Positions 7,668 through 17,300 of a stretch of DNA of 64,000 nucleotides are shown in pieces. Numbering within the stretch: position 1 is the first letter of the stretch; each line of letters begins with the position of its first letter. The stretch is from Obrimoposthia wandeli (lineage: Eukaryota): the NCBI GenBank assembly GCA_977020255.1, contig CDROCS010000506.1, positions 186,001-250,000 on the forward strand, given 5' to 3'. The notes under the pieces are model-generated. The model was given only the letters and a program-made list of their open reading frames with translations, had not been told where the DNA came from and searched no databases. The translations under genes and the position numbers were made by a program.

Positions 7668-10649
7668 ATGAATATAAAAATGTTGCCTAAATTAATGTTT
7701 ACTTTACTGCTGCTAGTAAGCCAGTCACTTTATGCCAGCACTGTTAATGCCAATGCGGCTGATAGCAATATTGCTCATGCTAAAAGTACTTATGCAAATA
7801 CCAAAAGTAACAGCTTATTACTATCAACTGATAAAACTCAGTTTATTAGTGCAAATATGGATGCAGGCAGTGTCAGTATTCTTGATGCTGAAAGTGGTCA
7901 ATTATTAGCAGAACAAGCATTAGGTAAAGATTTACGCCGTCTGGCACTAGATCCGATTAACAACCAATTATTAGTCAGTGATTATCTGGCAGATCAACTG
8001 TATCTGATTGATGCAAAAACGCTAAAGTTAATTAAAACCATTAAAACAGGTTACCGTCCTTTTGGTATTGTTTATGACGAATATAATAGGCAGTATTACG
8101 TCACTTTATTCGAAGCCAAACAACTATTAACTGTATCGACAGAGGGTGAGATCACAGCAACAACGCCAACAGCAGAGACGCCGCGTGGACTCGCTCTGGC
8201 AGCCGATGGGCGTTTATTTATCACCCACAGCATGACAGGTCAGGTATCAATTTATGATACACGTTCTGCCACGCTGCAATTAAATAAGATAATTCAACTT
8301 GTCGATACGCCAGCGCATGCGTCTCGCGCGGTACCACAAGGTAAACCACGTGTACTCGATAATATTGCGATATCACCCGATGGTACGCAAGCTTGGTTAC
8401 CGCATGTATTGTGGTCATTTTCACAAAATTTTCAATTTCAATCGACAGTCTTCCCCACTATTTCATTACTTGACCTTACACCAGGTAAAGAAAAAGAAAT
8501 GGTTGATAAGCGTAAGCAATTATTTAAGCAAATAAACATTATCGAGAATAACAACACCACACGTATTGTCTCAAATCCACATGATGTTTCATTTCGTGAA
8601 GACGGTAAAAAAGTCTTTATTAGCTTATCTGGATCTGAGGACTTGCTGGTATTCGATTTATCTCGCCAAGCTAAAATAGGTAAAAAGTCTAAACGCCATC
8701 GTCGAACCAAGTTACAAGGCGGCGTGAAAGCCACGCAAATATATCGTCATATTCCAGGCAGTAATCCACGTAGCCTAATTGAAAAAGACGGCACCCTTTA
8801 TGTGCAAAATGCCATGTCGCACGACTTAGTCAGCTTTGATGTCAGTGGCAAAGGGCCTTTTGCTAAAGTTAAACTCGCTAATGCGCAGTTCGCCAAACTG
8901 ATTAATCAAGATCCAATCGCGCCAGAATTACGTTTAGGTAAAACCCTGTTCAATCTTGCCAACAGTGAAAAATTTGAAAACAGCGCCATGGCGGGTGATT
9001 TCTGGATGAGCTGTAATTCTTGTCACCTTGACGGTTTCAATTTTACCAACAAATACCTATTAGCTGACGGCACCAAAGACATTAGCCAAAATGCAATGAC
9101 AGGTCACATTGGATTAGCCAGCATGATTGCTGGCGATCCGATCGAAGCTTATATCGATATGATCCAAAAGACCCAAGGTGGTATGGGCACAGATCCGAAA
9201 AAACCTGAGTTACCAAAAGTCGATCCAAAATCACCATCTGTAGAGATCGTCCGTTTAATGTCAGCATTAAACATGTACGTCACGACCAAAGAGAATTTAC
9301 CTTACCTATCAACTTGGTTACGTTTTGATGACGAGCGCAAGTTCACGCACAAGTCAGAATGGTTAAACTCAGCCAGTTGTGAATCATGCCACAGTACCCT
9401 TTATAAGCAGTGGTCGAACTCAAACCATGGTATGCACATGGATAGCCCTTATTATCGCTTCCAAGAAAACTTAGCGGCTGAATCAGAAGGCGAACCCTTT
9501 AGAAATTTATGCCGTGGTTGTCATGCCCCGCAAACGATATTAAATAACAATACAGCGCCGTTGACTCACCTTAATAGCATGTATGAGAAAGAAGGCCAAA
9601 GCCTACGCGATGCATTAAAACAAGGCTTACCAGTCGACGAAACTGGCACCAGTTGTGTATTCTGTCACCGTATAACCAAAGCTGAAGATGCGGGTGGTAA
9701 TACCGATCTTACCGTTAACTTAAAAGACCGAGCAGAATACCTGTTCGAATTTTCGAGTAACCCGGCATTAAAACTCATTGCCGAAGCACAAATAAATGCA
9801 TCTCCACAGCAGCATAAAGACAGCTATTCAAACCCAGCGCTGTATAAAAGTTCGTTATATTGTGCGACTTGTCATAATGAGTTCACTCCAGGTCAAGGTG
9901 CTAATGTAAATAACAACTATGGCGAATGGCAGGCATCTAAATTTAACGCGCCTGACAACCCAGAACAAAACAAAACCTGTATCGATTGTCACATGCGCTC
10001 TGACATGACTGATTTCGATAACGATGTACCGGGACAGGCAACGGATAACGGGCCTATTAAGCCGAACCTCATTGCCCATAACTTTATTGGCGGTAACTAT
10101 TATTTCTCTGATATGCGTTCGAAAGAACACGGTAAACTTAGCCGTGATATCTTACGTAATGCCCTACTACTTGACGTTGAAAGTAGCGAAGATGGCCGTC
10201 ATATAAACGTGAAAGTAACCAACCATAATACCGGCCATAAAATGCCCGGTGGCGCACGTCGTCAAGTATGGGTTGATCTGGTTGTTACCGACAGTCAAGG
10301 TGTCGAGCGTTTAGTCAGTGGCCAATTGAATGATGGTTATTTACCGAAAGACAGCCGTGTATTTGCGAAGAAAAGCGGCTATATGCATGGCGAACCTGTA
10401 GGACTTAAGTTCTGGCGTGTAGAAAAGATTCTAGCAGATACCCGTATATCACCCGATGAAACGCGTATTGAGACGTTTGCTCTACCAGAAAAACTAAGCT
10501 ATCCAATCACCGTAGTTGCTAAAATTAACTACCGCTCTTTCTCAAAACCGTTAACAAGTAAAGTTCAAGCTGCCTTCCCTGAGCAAAACATTCCTTTTGC
10601 CGATGTGATCGAGCTAAACAAAGTCACTAAAGTGTTCCAACAACACTAA
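7668..10649 (+). CDS. Secreted beta-propeller / multiheme cytochrome c fusion (6 CxxCH)
   Basis: Signal peptide; YVTN-like repeats; CNSCH, CESCH, CRGCH, CVFCH, CATCH, CIDCH; C-terminal region resembles c554/c552-type multiheme domain (GHKMPGG). Confidence 0.88.
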   Translation: MNIKMLPKLMFTLLLLVSQSLYASTVNANAADSNIAHAKSTYANTKSNSLLLSTDKTQFISANMDAGSVSILDAESGQLLAEQALGKDLRRLALDPINNQLLVSDYLADQLYLIDAKTLKLIKTIKTGYRPFGIVYDEYNRQYYVTLFEAKQLLTVSTEGEITATTPTAETPRGLALAADGRLFITHSMTGQVSIYDTRSATLQLNKIIQLVDTPAHASRAVPQGKPRVLDNIAISPDGTQAWLPHVLWSFSQNFQFQSTVFPTISLLDLTPGKEKEMVDKRKQLFKQINIIENNNTTRIVSNPHDVSFREDGKKVFISLSGSEDLLVFDLSRQAKIGKKSKRHRRTKLQGGVKATQIYRHIPGSNPRSLIEKDGTLYVQNAMSHDLVSFDVSGKGPFAKVKLANAQFAKLINQDPIAPELRLGKTLFNLANSEKFENSAMAGDFWMSCNSCHLDGFNFTNKYLLADGTKDISQNAMTGHIGLASMIAGDPIEAYIDMIQKTQGGMGTDPKKPELPKVDPKSPSVEIVRLMSALNMYVTTKENLPYLSTWLRFDDERKFTHKSEWLNSASCESCHSTLYKQWSNSNHGMHMDSPYYRFQENLAAESEGEPFRNLCRGCHAPQTILNNNTAPLTHLNSMYEKEGQSLRDALKQGLPVDETGTSCVFCHRITKAEDAGGNTDLTVNLKDRAEYLFEFSSNPALKLIAEAQINASPQQHKDSYSNPALYKSSLYCATCHNEFTPGQGANVNNNYGEWQASKFNAPDNPEQNKTCIDCHMRSDMTDFDNDVPGQATDNGPIKPNLIAHNFIGGNYYFSDMRSKEHGKLSRDILRNALLLDVESSEDGRHINVKVTNHNTGHKMPGGARRQVWVDLVVTDSQGVERLVSGQLNDGYLPKDSRVFAKKSGYMHGEPVGLKFWRVEKILADTRISPDETRIETFALPEKLSYPITVVAKINYRSFSKPLTSKVQAAFPEQNIPFADVIELNKVTKVFQQH

Positions 10650-10651
10650 TT

Positions 10652-10712
10652 GATTGGCTAGCTGAATACTGGAATAGATAATGTGTCTATTGTGATATTC
10701 AGCTAGTCTATC
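10652..10712 (+). terminator. Long hairpin ending the cluster
   Basis: GGCTAGCTGAATA...TATTCAGCTAGTC with inner AATAGA/TCTATT stem; no clear U tract. Confidence 0.5.
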
Positions 10713-10960
10713 GATAAAATGATCCATACAAACTATCAATAAAAACCGTCAATAAAATTAGATCAAAAAACTCGAGATGTTTGGTCATAAACAATAATCC
10801 TATTCTTGGCTGGTACTATTTCAGACAGACATTATTGTAGATAAAGTACTACGACAGTACTCACCAAAAGTAATGGCAAGTTACTTATATTCATTAAATA
10901 ATTCGCCTTTTCGCTAATCCGGCATAAGCTATAGATAACTTTGTTAATAAAGCACCCTTT

Positions 10961-11596
10961 ATGCATGCATATATAGCTAAACAACCGATTTTAAACAGCG
11001 CTCGCCAAATTGTGGCTTATGAGCTGTTATATCGTGATAGTTTAGATAATACCTTCCCAATGATTAATGCTGAGCTCGCCACCGCGCGCTTAGTTGACGA
11101 GCACTTGTTGAATTCTAATATCAACAAGCTTGTGGACAACAAACCCTACTTCATTAATTTCACCGAGAAGAGCATACTGACTGGCTTACCACTAAAACTG
11201 CTCAACAAACCCATCGTCATTGAAGTATTGGAAGATGTCCCACCAACGCAAGCGATATTTAATGCGTTAACAAAGTTGAAAAGTATGGGGTTTACCATCG
11301 CATTGGATGATTTTATTTATTCTGAAGACTGGCTGCCATTTTTTAGCATTGTCGATATTATCAAATTTGATATTACCCTCACCTCTTTTAAAGAGATAAA
11401 AGCACTAAAGCCATTATTAGACAAACATGAGGTAAGTATATTAGTCGAGAAAATTGAAACGGAGGGGCAATTTACCCAAGCTAAAAACCTGCAAAGTGAA
11501 TATTTTCAAGGTTACTTATTCTCTGAACCAGAGATAGTATTGAATGAAATTAATACGCCGGAGACACAAACAACGCAGATGACAAGCGCACCATAA
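10961..11596 (+). CDS. Stand-alone EAL domain protein (YuxH-type EAL lacking HDOD)
   Basis: IAKQPI, YELLYR, IEVLE, ALDDF, KFD, EKIE, FQGYLF motifs. Confidence 0.85.
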   Translation: MHAYIAKQPILNSARQIVAYELLYRDSLDNTFPMINAELATARLVDEHLLNSNINKLVDNKPYFINFTEKSILTGLPLKLLNKPIVIEVLEDVPPTQAIFNALTKLKSMGFTIALDDFIYSEDWLPFFSIVDIIKFDITLTSFKEIKALKPLLDKHEVSILVEKIETEGQFTQAKNLQSEYFQGYLFSEPEIVLNEINTPETQTTQMTSAP

Positions 11597-11650
11597 TACG
11601 CCCATCACCAGCACATTTAATCGAATCAGAAAAATAACGCAACGATGAGA

Positions 11651-12232
11651 CTAAGCGCTCGCGTTACCATTCATGAAATGCTTACGACACAAGGATACAT
11701 AGCGTTCATTACCGCCGATTTCAACTTGTTCGCCTTCTCGCAATACCACACCACTGTCACTCACTCGAGCATTCATGTGCGCTTTATTGCCACACCAGCA
11801 AACCGTTTTCAGCTCTTCAACTTTATCTGCTAGACACATTAAGTGATACGAACCTTCAAACATCTCTAATTTAAAGTCCGTTTTTAATCCATAGACAATG
11901 ACCGGGATATTTAATTGGTCCACGACATTCGCGAGTTGATAAACCTGCTCGCGAGAGAGGAATTGCCCTTCATCAATGATAAACACATCGATTTTTTTCT
12001 CTTCTGAACGTCTCGAAACAGTGGTAAATAAGTTGGTATCTTTTTCAAATACTTCGACTTCTAGTTTTAAACCAACACGTGCACCAATAACCCCCTTGCC
12101 ATAACGACTATCACACTCAGGTGTCATCGCTAGTGGGTACATACCACGTTCAATATAATTAAAGTGAGCTTGGATTAATTGTGTTGATTTACCTGAATTC
12201 ATAGCTGCAAACTTGAAATGCAAAGATGCCAT
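11651..12232 (-). CDS. tdk: Thymidine kinase
   Basis: AAMNSGKST P-loop, IDEGQF, YGLKTDF, CWCG, YVSLCRKH. Confidence 0.96.
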   Translation of the reverse strand: MASLHFKFAAMNSGKSTQLIQAHFNYIERGMYPLAMTPECDSRYGKGVIGARVGLKLEVEVFEKDTNLFTTVSRRSEEKKIDVFIIDEGQFLSREQVYQLANVVDQLNIPVIVYGLKTDFKLEMFEGSYHLMCLADKVEELKTVCWCGNKAHMNARVSDSGVVLREGEQVEIGGNERYVSLCRKHFMNGNASA

Positions 12233-12243
12233 TTTATACCCTC

Positions 12244-12270
12244 AAAAAAAACGCCTGTATCAACAGGCGT
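12244..12270 (-). terminator. Intrinsic terminator after NhaC-family gene
   Basis: ACGCCTGT/ACAGGCGT stem with 8-U tract on minus strand. Confidence 0.7.
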
Positions 12271-12334
12271 ATATTATTACTTAACCATCAAATTCAAGGC
12301 TGCTTGTTACAAACAGTCTGTTTTTAATGTCTTA

Positions 12335-13930
12335 TTATACTTTACGACTTAATCGAGCCATAATAGCAACCACAACAGTAAATGCAATTGCAGAAGCGAT
12401 AAACCCAGATAGTACAGAGCTTGTAATACCAAGTACCAAGTAACCAATAGCACTTACTAACGCAATTGATAACGCATAAGGTAACTGAGTCATTACGTGG
12501 TCCATATGGTGGCAGTTAGCCCCTGTAGACGATAAGATCGTGGTATCAGAGATAGGTGAACAATGATCACCAAATACCGAACCCGCTAACACTGATGCTA
12601 ACATAGGTAACATTAAGGTTATTTCTGTACCTGCAGCCATATCACCTGCGATTGGTAACATGATACCAAATGTACCCCAGCTCGTACCTGTTGCAAACGC
12701 CATAAAGCCAGCGAGTACAAACACGATAACCGGTAATAAGCTCGTCGGGATTGAATCGCCCACTAACGCAGCAAGGTATTTACCAGTCTCGATAGAACCA
12801 ATCGTTGAACCAATTGCCCATGCGAAGAATAAGATATAAACCGCAGGTAACATTGATTTAGCACCGTGGAAACTTGCTTGTGCTAACAATGATACCGACA
12901 CACCAGAAATAAGGCTTAATACCAAGGCGACAGCCAGACCAGATAATGCACCGTATACCAATGAGCTACCTACATCTGTATTCTCAAACGCACCTAGAAT
13001 ATCGAAGGCTTTACCATCAGCAGCCAGTGACGAAGCACCAGAGTTAATCATAAAGAAGATAGTTGCAAAGATAAGTACAAGAATAGGTAAGATAAGGCCA
13101 GAAATGTGACCACCTTCAGCTTCTTTTAATTCAACGGTAGCGCCTGCTGGTTGGCCTTTTTTATCATCAAATAACTTGCCTTCTTTCGCTGCAGCTTCTT
13201 CTTTCGCCATTAAACCGAAATCAAGGTTTAACAAGACAACAGCAAACACCATTGCGATAGCGAAGATAGCGTAGAAGTTCATCGGGATCATTTGCATGAA
13301 TGCAGAAAGTGGACTGATATCCGTAATGGCATGGCTTGCTAAAATACCACCGATAACGGCAATAATATAAGCACCCCAGCTTGAAATCGGCATTAATACA
13401 CACATAGGTGCAGCTGTCGAATCCAGTAAGTAAGCTAGTTTAGCACGCGATACGTTGTAGCGGTCTGTCAATGGACGGCTTACACTACCGACTGCTAGAC
13501 TATTAAAGTAATCATCTACAAAGATGAAAATACCTAAAAATGCCGTCAATAATGTACTACCACGACGTGTTTTAATTCGTGTTTTAGCCCAGTCAGCAAA
13601 CGCACTTGTTGCGCCACTTACCATCATAACGCTCGTTAACATACCAAGTATGAACAAGAATACGATGATTGATAGATTCCAAGTGTTGAATGAACCCACT
13701 TCCCAGAACGAGCCCTTGCTCGCATCACCTGATTCCCAAACTAAGCTTAGCGCTAAGTCTGCAAGGTGTTTAGCCGCGTTAACAACATTAAAATCTGTTA
13801 AAAATAGTGCGCCAAGTAAAATACCACAACCAAGTGATAACAATACTTTACGCGTTAAAATTGCTAATGTAAGTGCAACTAATGGTACAACCAGCGATAA
13901 TGCTGAGTCTGAGTAATTAATGAGTTCCAT
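12335..13930 (-). CDS. Na+/H+ antiporter NhaC-family protein, predicted lysine transporter (LysW-type)
   Basis: FVDDYFN, LDSTAAP, ATGTSWGTF, GDHCSPISDTT motifs; lies under a lysine riboswitch. Confidence 0.88.
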   Translation of the reverse strand: MELINYSDSALSLVVPLVALTLAILTRKVLLSLGCGILLGALFLTDFNVVNAAKHLADLALSLVWESGDASKGSFWEVGSFNTWNLSIIVFLFILGMLTSVMMVSGATSAFADWAKTRIKTRRGSTLLTAFLGIFIFVDDYFNSLAVGSVSRPLTDRYNVSRAKLAYLLDSTAAPMCVLMPISSWGAYIIAVIGGILASHAITDISPLSAFMQMIPMNFYAIFAIAMVFAVVLLNLDFGLMAKEEAAAKEGKLFDDKKGQPAGATVELKEAEGGHISGLILPILVLIFATIFFMINSGASSLAADGKAFDILGAFENTDVGSSLVYGALSGLAVALVLSLISGVSVSLLAQASFHGAKSMLPAVYILFFAWAIGSTIGSIETGKYLAALVGDSIPTSLLPVIVFVLAGFMAFATGTSWGTFGIMLPIAGDMAAGTEITLMLPMLASVLAGSVFGDHCSPISDTTILSSTGANCHHMDHVMTQLPYALSIALVSAIGYLVLGITSSVLSGFIASAIAFTVVVAIMARLSRKV

Positions 13931-14042
13931 GATCCCTTTGACCTAATAAGTTTTATAGGAAGCGACTGAACAAGACAGATGAGATATGGCATAAGGCTAT
14001 TTACAAATGATGTATGTAAAGATAACACTTACAACTCTTCTA

Positions 14043-14225
14043 TTTCAGTAGCGCCCCATAGTTAATTTAAAATTGACTATGACAGTGATGTATCTATTCG
14101 AACACATCCCCAGAATGAATACTTTAAGCTGTTAGCATCCGTTCTTCGGCGCAATTCCCTTTCGTATTATTGTCATTGGAGCTACCTAAACAATACTAGT
14201 AATGAGTTGCGCACCTCTACTTAGG
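14043..14225 (-). ncRNA. Lysine riboswitch
   Basis: Minus strand AGTAGAGGTGCG...GAAAGGG...GCCGAA...CTGGG...CGAATA...ACTGTC...GGGGCGCTACT with P1 AGTAG/CTACT. Confidence 0.92.
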
Positions 14226-14642
14226 AGGAAGCCAGATAATAGCAGATAATTTCACCACATCAAGAAATAGTCAGTGTTAATGTTCATAAAACAAACAGCA
14301 AGTGACATTAAAATCTAGCTCAATCATCAGATTATTTTTCGACATAAAGTATATCGACTTCAAATAATAGACCATTAAATAGTTTAAAAAACAATGTTCA
14401 CACTATAGTTGAATTATATTCATTTACTCATCGAATTAATCCCTAATGAGTTCAATTTAATAAATAAATGTAAATACGTTTCTTATATTTATTTAGCTAT
14501 AGTATATTCATTACATTAGAGTATATTATTTACATTATATTTTTCGTATTAAATAGATTCATTACACTAGGTACTTCTTTGTATTAGTGTATTAATCTTA
14601 TTTCGCGTTTACTCGTCCCCTGTCTATATTTAGGTATTAATT

Positions 14643-15050
14643 ATGAATGATTTTATTAAAGTATTTTTAAATGCACGTAGTCTACGCGCTGCAACAAAAG
14701 AATTAAGCGTTGAGCAACTAGAAGAAGTGTTAATTAAATTCACTACAATAGTAGAAGACAGAAAAGAAGCTGAAGCGGCTGACTTAGAAAAACAGCAAGA
14801 AAAGCAAGCTAAAATGACCGAAATATTATTACAACTTAAAGAAAATGGCATTAGCCCTGAAGAATTAATGGGCTTAACTGATGCAACAGCTGAAAAAGCA
14901 AAAGTTAAAACTAAACGTGGCCCTCGCCCTGCAAAATACGCATATGATTTTAATGGCGAAACTAAAACATGGACAGGCCAAGGTCGCATGCCTTTACCAC
15001 TTCAAGAAGTAAAGAATGCTAAAGGTACAATTGAAGAATTCTTAATCTAG
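14643..15050 (+). CDS. hns: H-NS family nucleoid protein
   Basis: LNARSLRA N-terminus, RPAKY and TWTGQGRMP motifs; very AT-rich upstream region. Confidence 0.9.
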   Translation: MNDFIKVFLNARSLRAATKELSVEQLEEVLIKFTTIVEDRKEAEAADLEKQQEKQAKMTEILLQLKENGISPEELMGLTDATAEKAKVKTKRGPRPAKYAYDFNGETKTWTGQGRMPLPLQEVKNAKGTIEEFLI

Positions 15051-15060
15051 AGGGATCTTT

Positions 15061-15486
15061 GTGACACAGTTTATATTACATCCACAACTTTCTGCAGATA
15101 CCGTGCTGTTAGGTGAATTTCCATTATGCCAAGTATTATTGGCTAATGATGGTAATTTCCCCTGGTTAATTTTGGTGCCTAAAGTTAATGGGATTACTGA
15201 ATTTCATGAATTAAGTGATCAGCAACAAGTGCAGTTTTTATCTGAATCTAACGCTGTCAGTAAACTATTAAAAGACGGATTAAGTGCTGACAAGATCAAT
15301 ATTGCAGCCTTAGGTAATATGGTGCCGCAATTACATATCCATCATGTTGCACGCTTTAAAGAAGATGCTTGTTGGCCCAAACCAATTTGGGGTCAAATAC
15401 CAGCAATAATGCGAACAGAGCAACAGACTAAACAATTAATAACGATGATCACAACCAAGCTTCAAGCTGGGTTCATCAAGAAATAA
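15061..15486 (+). CDS. HIT family protein
   Basis: NIAALGNMVPQLHIHHVARF motif. Confidence 0.9.
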   Translation: MTQFILHPQLSADTVLLGEFPLCQVLLANDGNFPWLILVPKVNGITEFHELSDQQQVQFLSESNAVSKLLKDGLSADKINIAALGNMVPQLHIHHVARFKEDACWPKPIWGQIPAIMRTEQQTKQLITMITTKLQAGFIKK

Positions 15487-15717
15487 AATTAGCCTGCTAA
15501 TTAGTCTTATGCGCAGTTCAAATTGTGTTATTTCGAGTGATCGACATTTAACGGCAAGTATCTTTCAATTTGATACTTGCCGTTCTTTCGCTATCCCTCC
15601 CCTAGAGCAATTATCTGTAATCCCGCTATTAATAACTCATCCGCCCACTGCTTACCTATTAATAGATAAACCATTTATTTTAAATTCGCACTTAATAATT
15701 TAAAATAAAGAATAGAA

Positions 15718-15960
15718 CTATTTCCCTTCATTATCCAAATACACTGAAGGTCGTTTCAATAACGGCGCCAACATTGACTCCAGTCCATTTAGCTTAACTT
15801 CGTACATAAGCGCAAGTTGCTGTCCCAGTTTAGAATCAGGAAAACCATTGCTGTGAAACCACACTAAATAAGGTTCTGGTAACTCCAATAATAAACGCCC
15901 ACGATATTTACCAAAGGGCATCACGGTATTAATTGCTTCAATCATTGCTTGTTGTGACAT
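15718..15960 (-). CDS. DUF3820/YpeB-like small protein
   Basis: MPFGKYRGRLLLELPEPYLVWF motif. Confidence 0.85.
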   Translation of the reverse strand: MSQQAMIEAINTVMPFGKYRGRLLLELPEPYLVWFHSNGFPDSKLGQQLALMYEVKLNGLESMLAPLLKRPSVYLDNEGK

Positions 15961-16010
15961 ATTAAATCCAATATTAATTAATGACTTAGTGATTTTTATT
16001 CTCGCGCTAG

Positions 16011-16652
16011 CTATTTATAGTTTTTGTTAAATAATCCTTCAGGCATTTGTGCAATCTGGAAATTAATCATATATTCAAATGCAGTCAACAACGGTTGATA
16101 CTTGTGTTTATCTTGATCTAATGTTGAGAGTAATAAAAAACCCGCTTCTACTGTTGATAACCCACCCTCAATAGACGTTTGTCTTATTGTATATTGGCTT
16201 TGTTGCTGCGCATTTAATCGCACTGCAGGTATTGATTTTAAATTACTTGAAGATTGATACATTTTAAAGGCTTTACGCCAAGTTCCATCAAGTAAAATAA
16301 AAGTACGTTTAATATTCGCGTTTAGACCTTCATTTTCAATACCGCAATTAACCTTGTCCGCTAAATCCTCAGCGGCAATACTGTCGTCACTCGGATAAAG
16401 TAAAAAACACTGTCTCGCCGGATCATTGAGCATGTCATTTAACTGCGCATTGTCGGTAAAATTTTCACCAACTATAAGTTGACATTGTGGCAATGAAAGA
16501 TTGAGAATACGGGCTGTGCCGATCGCGTTTTTAACTTCGCTTGGATGCTGTAATATGATTAACTCAATAGCAGAATTAATCTTGGTGATGTGCTGACATA
16601 TACACGCGGCTAATGCTTTATCACAAACTGTACACTTTTTTCTTTTACTCAC
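16011..16652 (-). CDS. DTW-domain tRNA-uridine aminocarboxypropyltransferase (TapT/YfiP-like)
   Basis: CxxC..CxC N-terminus, LQHPSE, LDGTW, LSTVEA. Confidence 0.9.
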   Translation of the reverse strand: MSKRKKCTVCDKALAACICQHITKINSAIELIILQHPSEVKNAIGTARILNLSLPQCQLIVGENFTDNAQLNDMLNDPARQCFLLYPSDDSIAAEDLADKVNCGIENEGLNANIKRTFILLDGTWRKAFKMYQSSSNLKSIPAVRLNAQQQSQYTIRQTSIEGGLSTVEAGFLLLSTLDQDKHKYQPLLTAFEYMINFQIAQMPEGLFNKNYK

Positions 16653-16683
16653 GACAAACCTAAATATTATGGATTAATAAGAT

Positions 16684-17262
16684 ATGCTAATTCAACATCG
16701 GTGGTTAAACTGGTTTTTTATCGGACTATTATGCCTCGTTATATATGTGGTTTCAGCCGACAATATAACCGTGTTTGATTATAACAGGGAATTAATTATC
16801 AATGGCGAATATTGGCGTTTGATCAGTGGTAATTTTAATCATACTAATATCTATCACCTACTGCTAAATTTAAGCGCTTTAGCGGTCATGGCAGGCTTAC
16901 ACTATCGCTATTATAGCAGCGCGGCTTACGTTAGTTTAATTTTATGCTTATCTATTGGCGTTGGTATTGGCATATTATGGTTATCACCAAGTACGCATTT
17001 ATATGTGGGCTTATCAGGCGTGCTACATGGCATTATTATTGTAGGGGCGATATTAGATATAACGAAGCGCTATTACTCCGGTTATCTATTAATTATTGGA
17101 ACGATTATCAAAGTGATCCACGAGCAATTATTTGATAGCCCAATAGCAATGAGTCAACTGATCGACGCCAAAGTACTCACTGAAGCACACCTTTATGGCC
17201 TTGTGACTGGATTTGTTATTGCCCCCGCCTTTGTATATCTAAATAAAAAAAAGAGCGCCTGA
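16684..17262 (+). CDS. Rhombosortase
   Basis: WRLISGNFNH, YVGLSGVLHG (catalytic Ser), AHLYG (catalytic His). Confidence 0.88.
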   Translation: MLIQHRWLNWFFIGLLCLVIYVVSADNITVFDYNRELIINGEYWRLISGNFNHTNIYHLLLNLSALAVMAGLHYRYYSSAAYVSLILCLSIGVGIGILWLSPSTHLYVGLSGVLHGIIIVGAILDITKRYYSGYLLIIGTIIKVIHEQLFDSPIAMSQLIDAKVLTEAHLYGLVTGFVIAPAFVYLNKKKSA

Positions 17263-17271
17263 GCGCTCTTA
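17244..17271. terminator. Bidirectional terminator between rhombosortase and pyrF
   Basis: AAAAAGAGCGC-CTGA-GCGCTCTT. Confidence 0.6.
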
Positions 17272-17300
17272 TAGATATTAACGTTAATGTTAGACAGCTA

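Noticed and set aside
14330-14640. Very AT-rich stretch as a foreign island or origin
   Set aside because: Lies between the divergent lysine-riboswitch and hns promoters; AT-rich hns upstream regions are expected, and no DnaA-box cluster was seen
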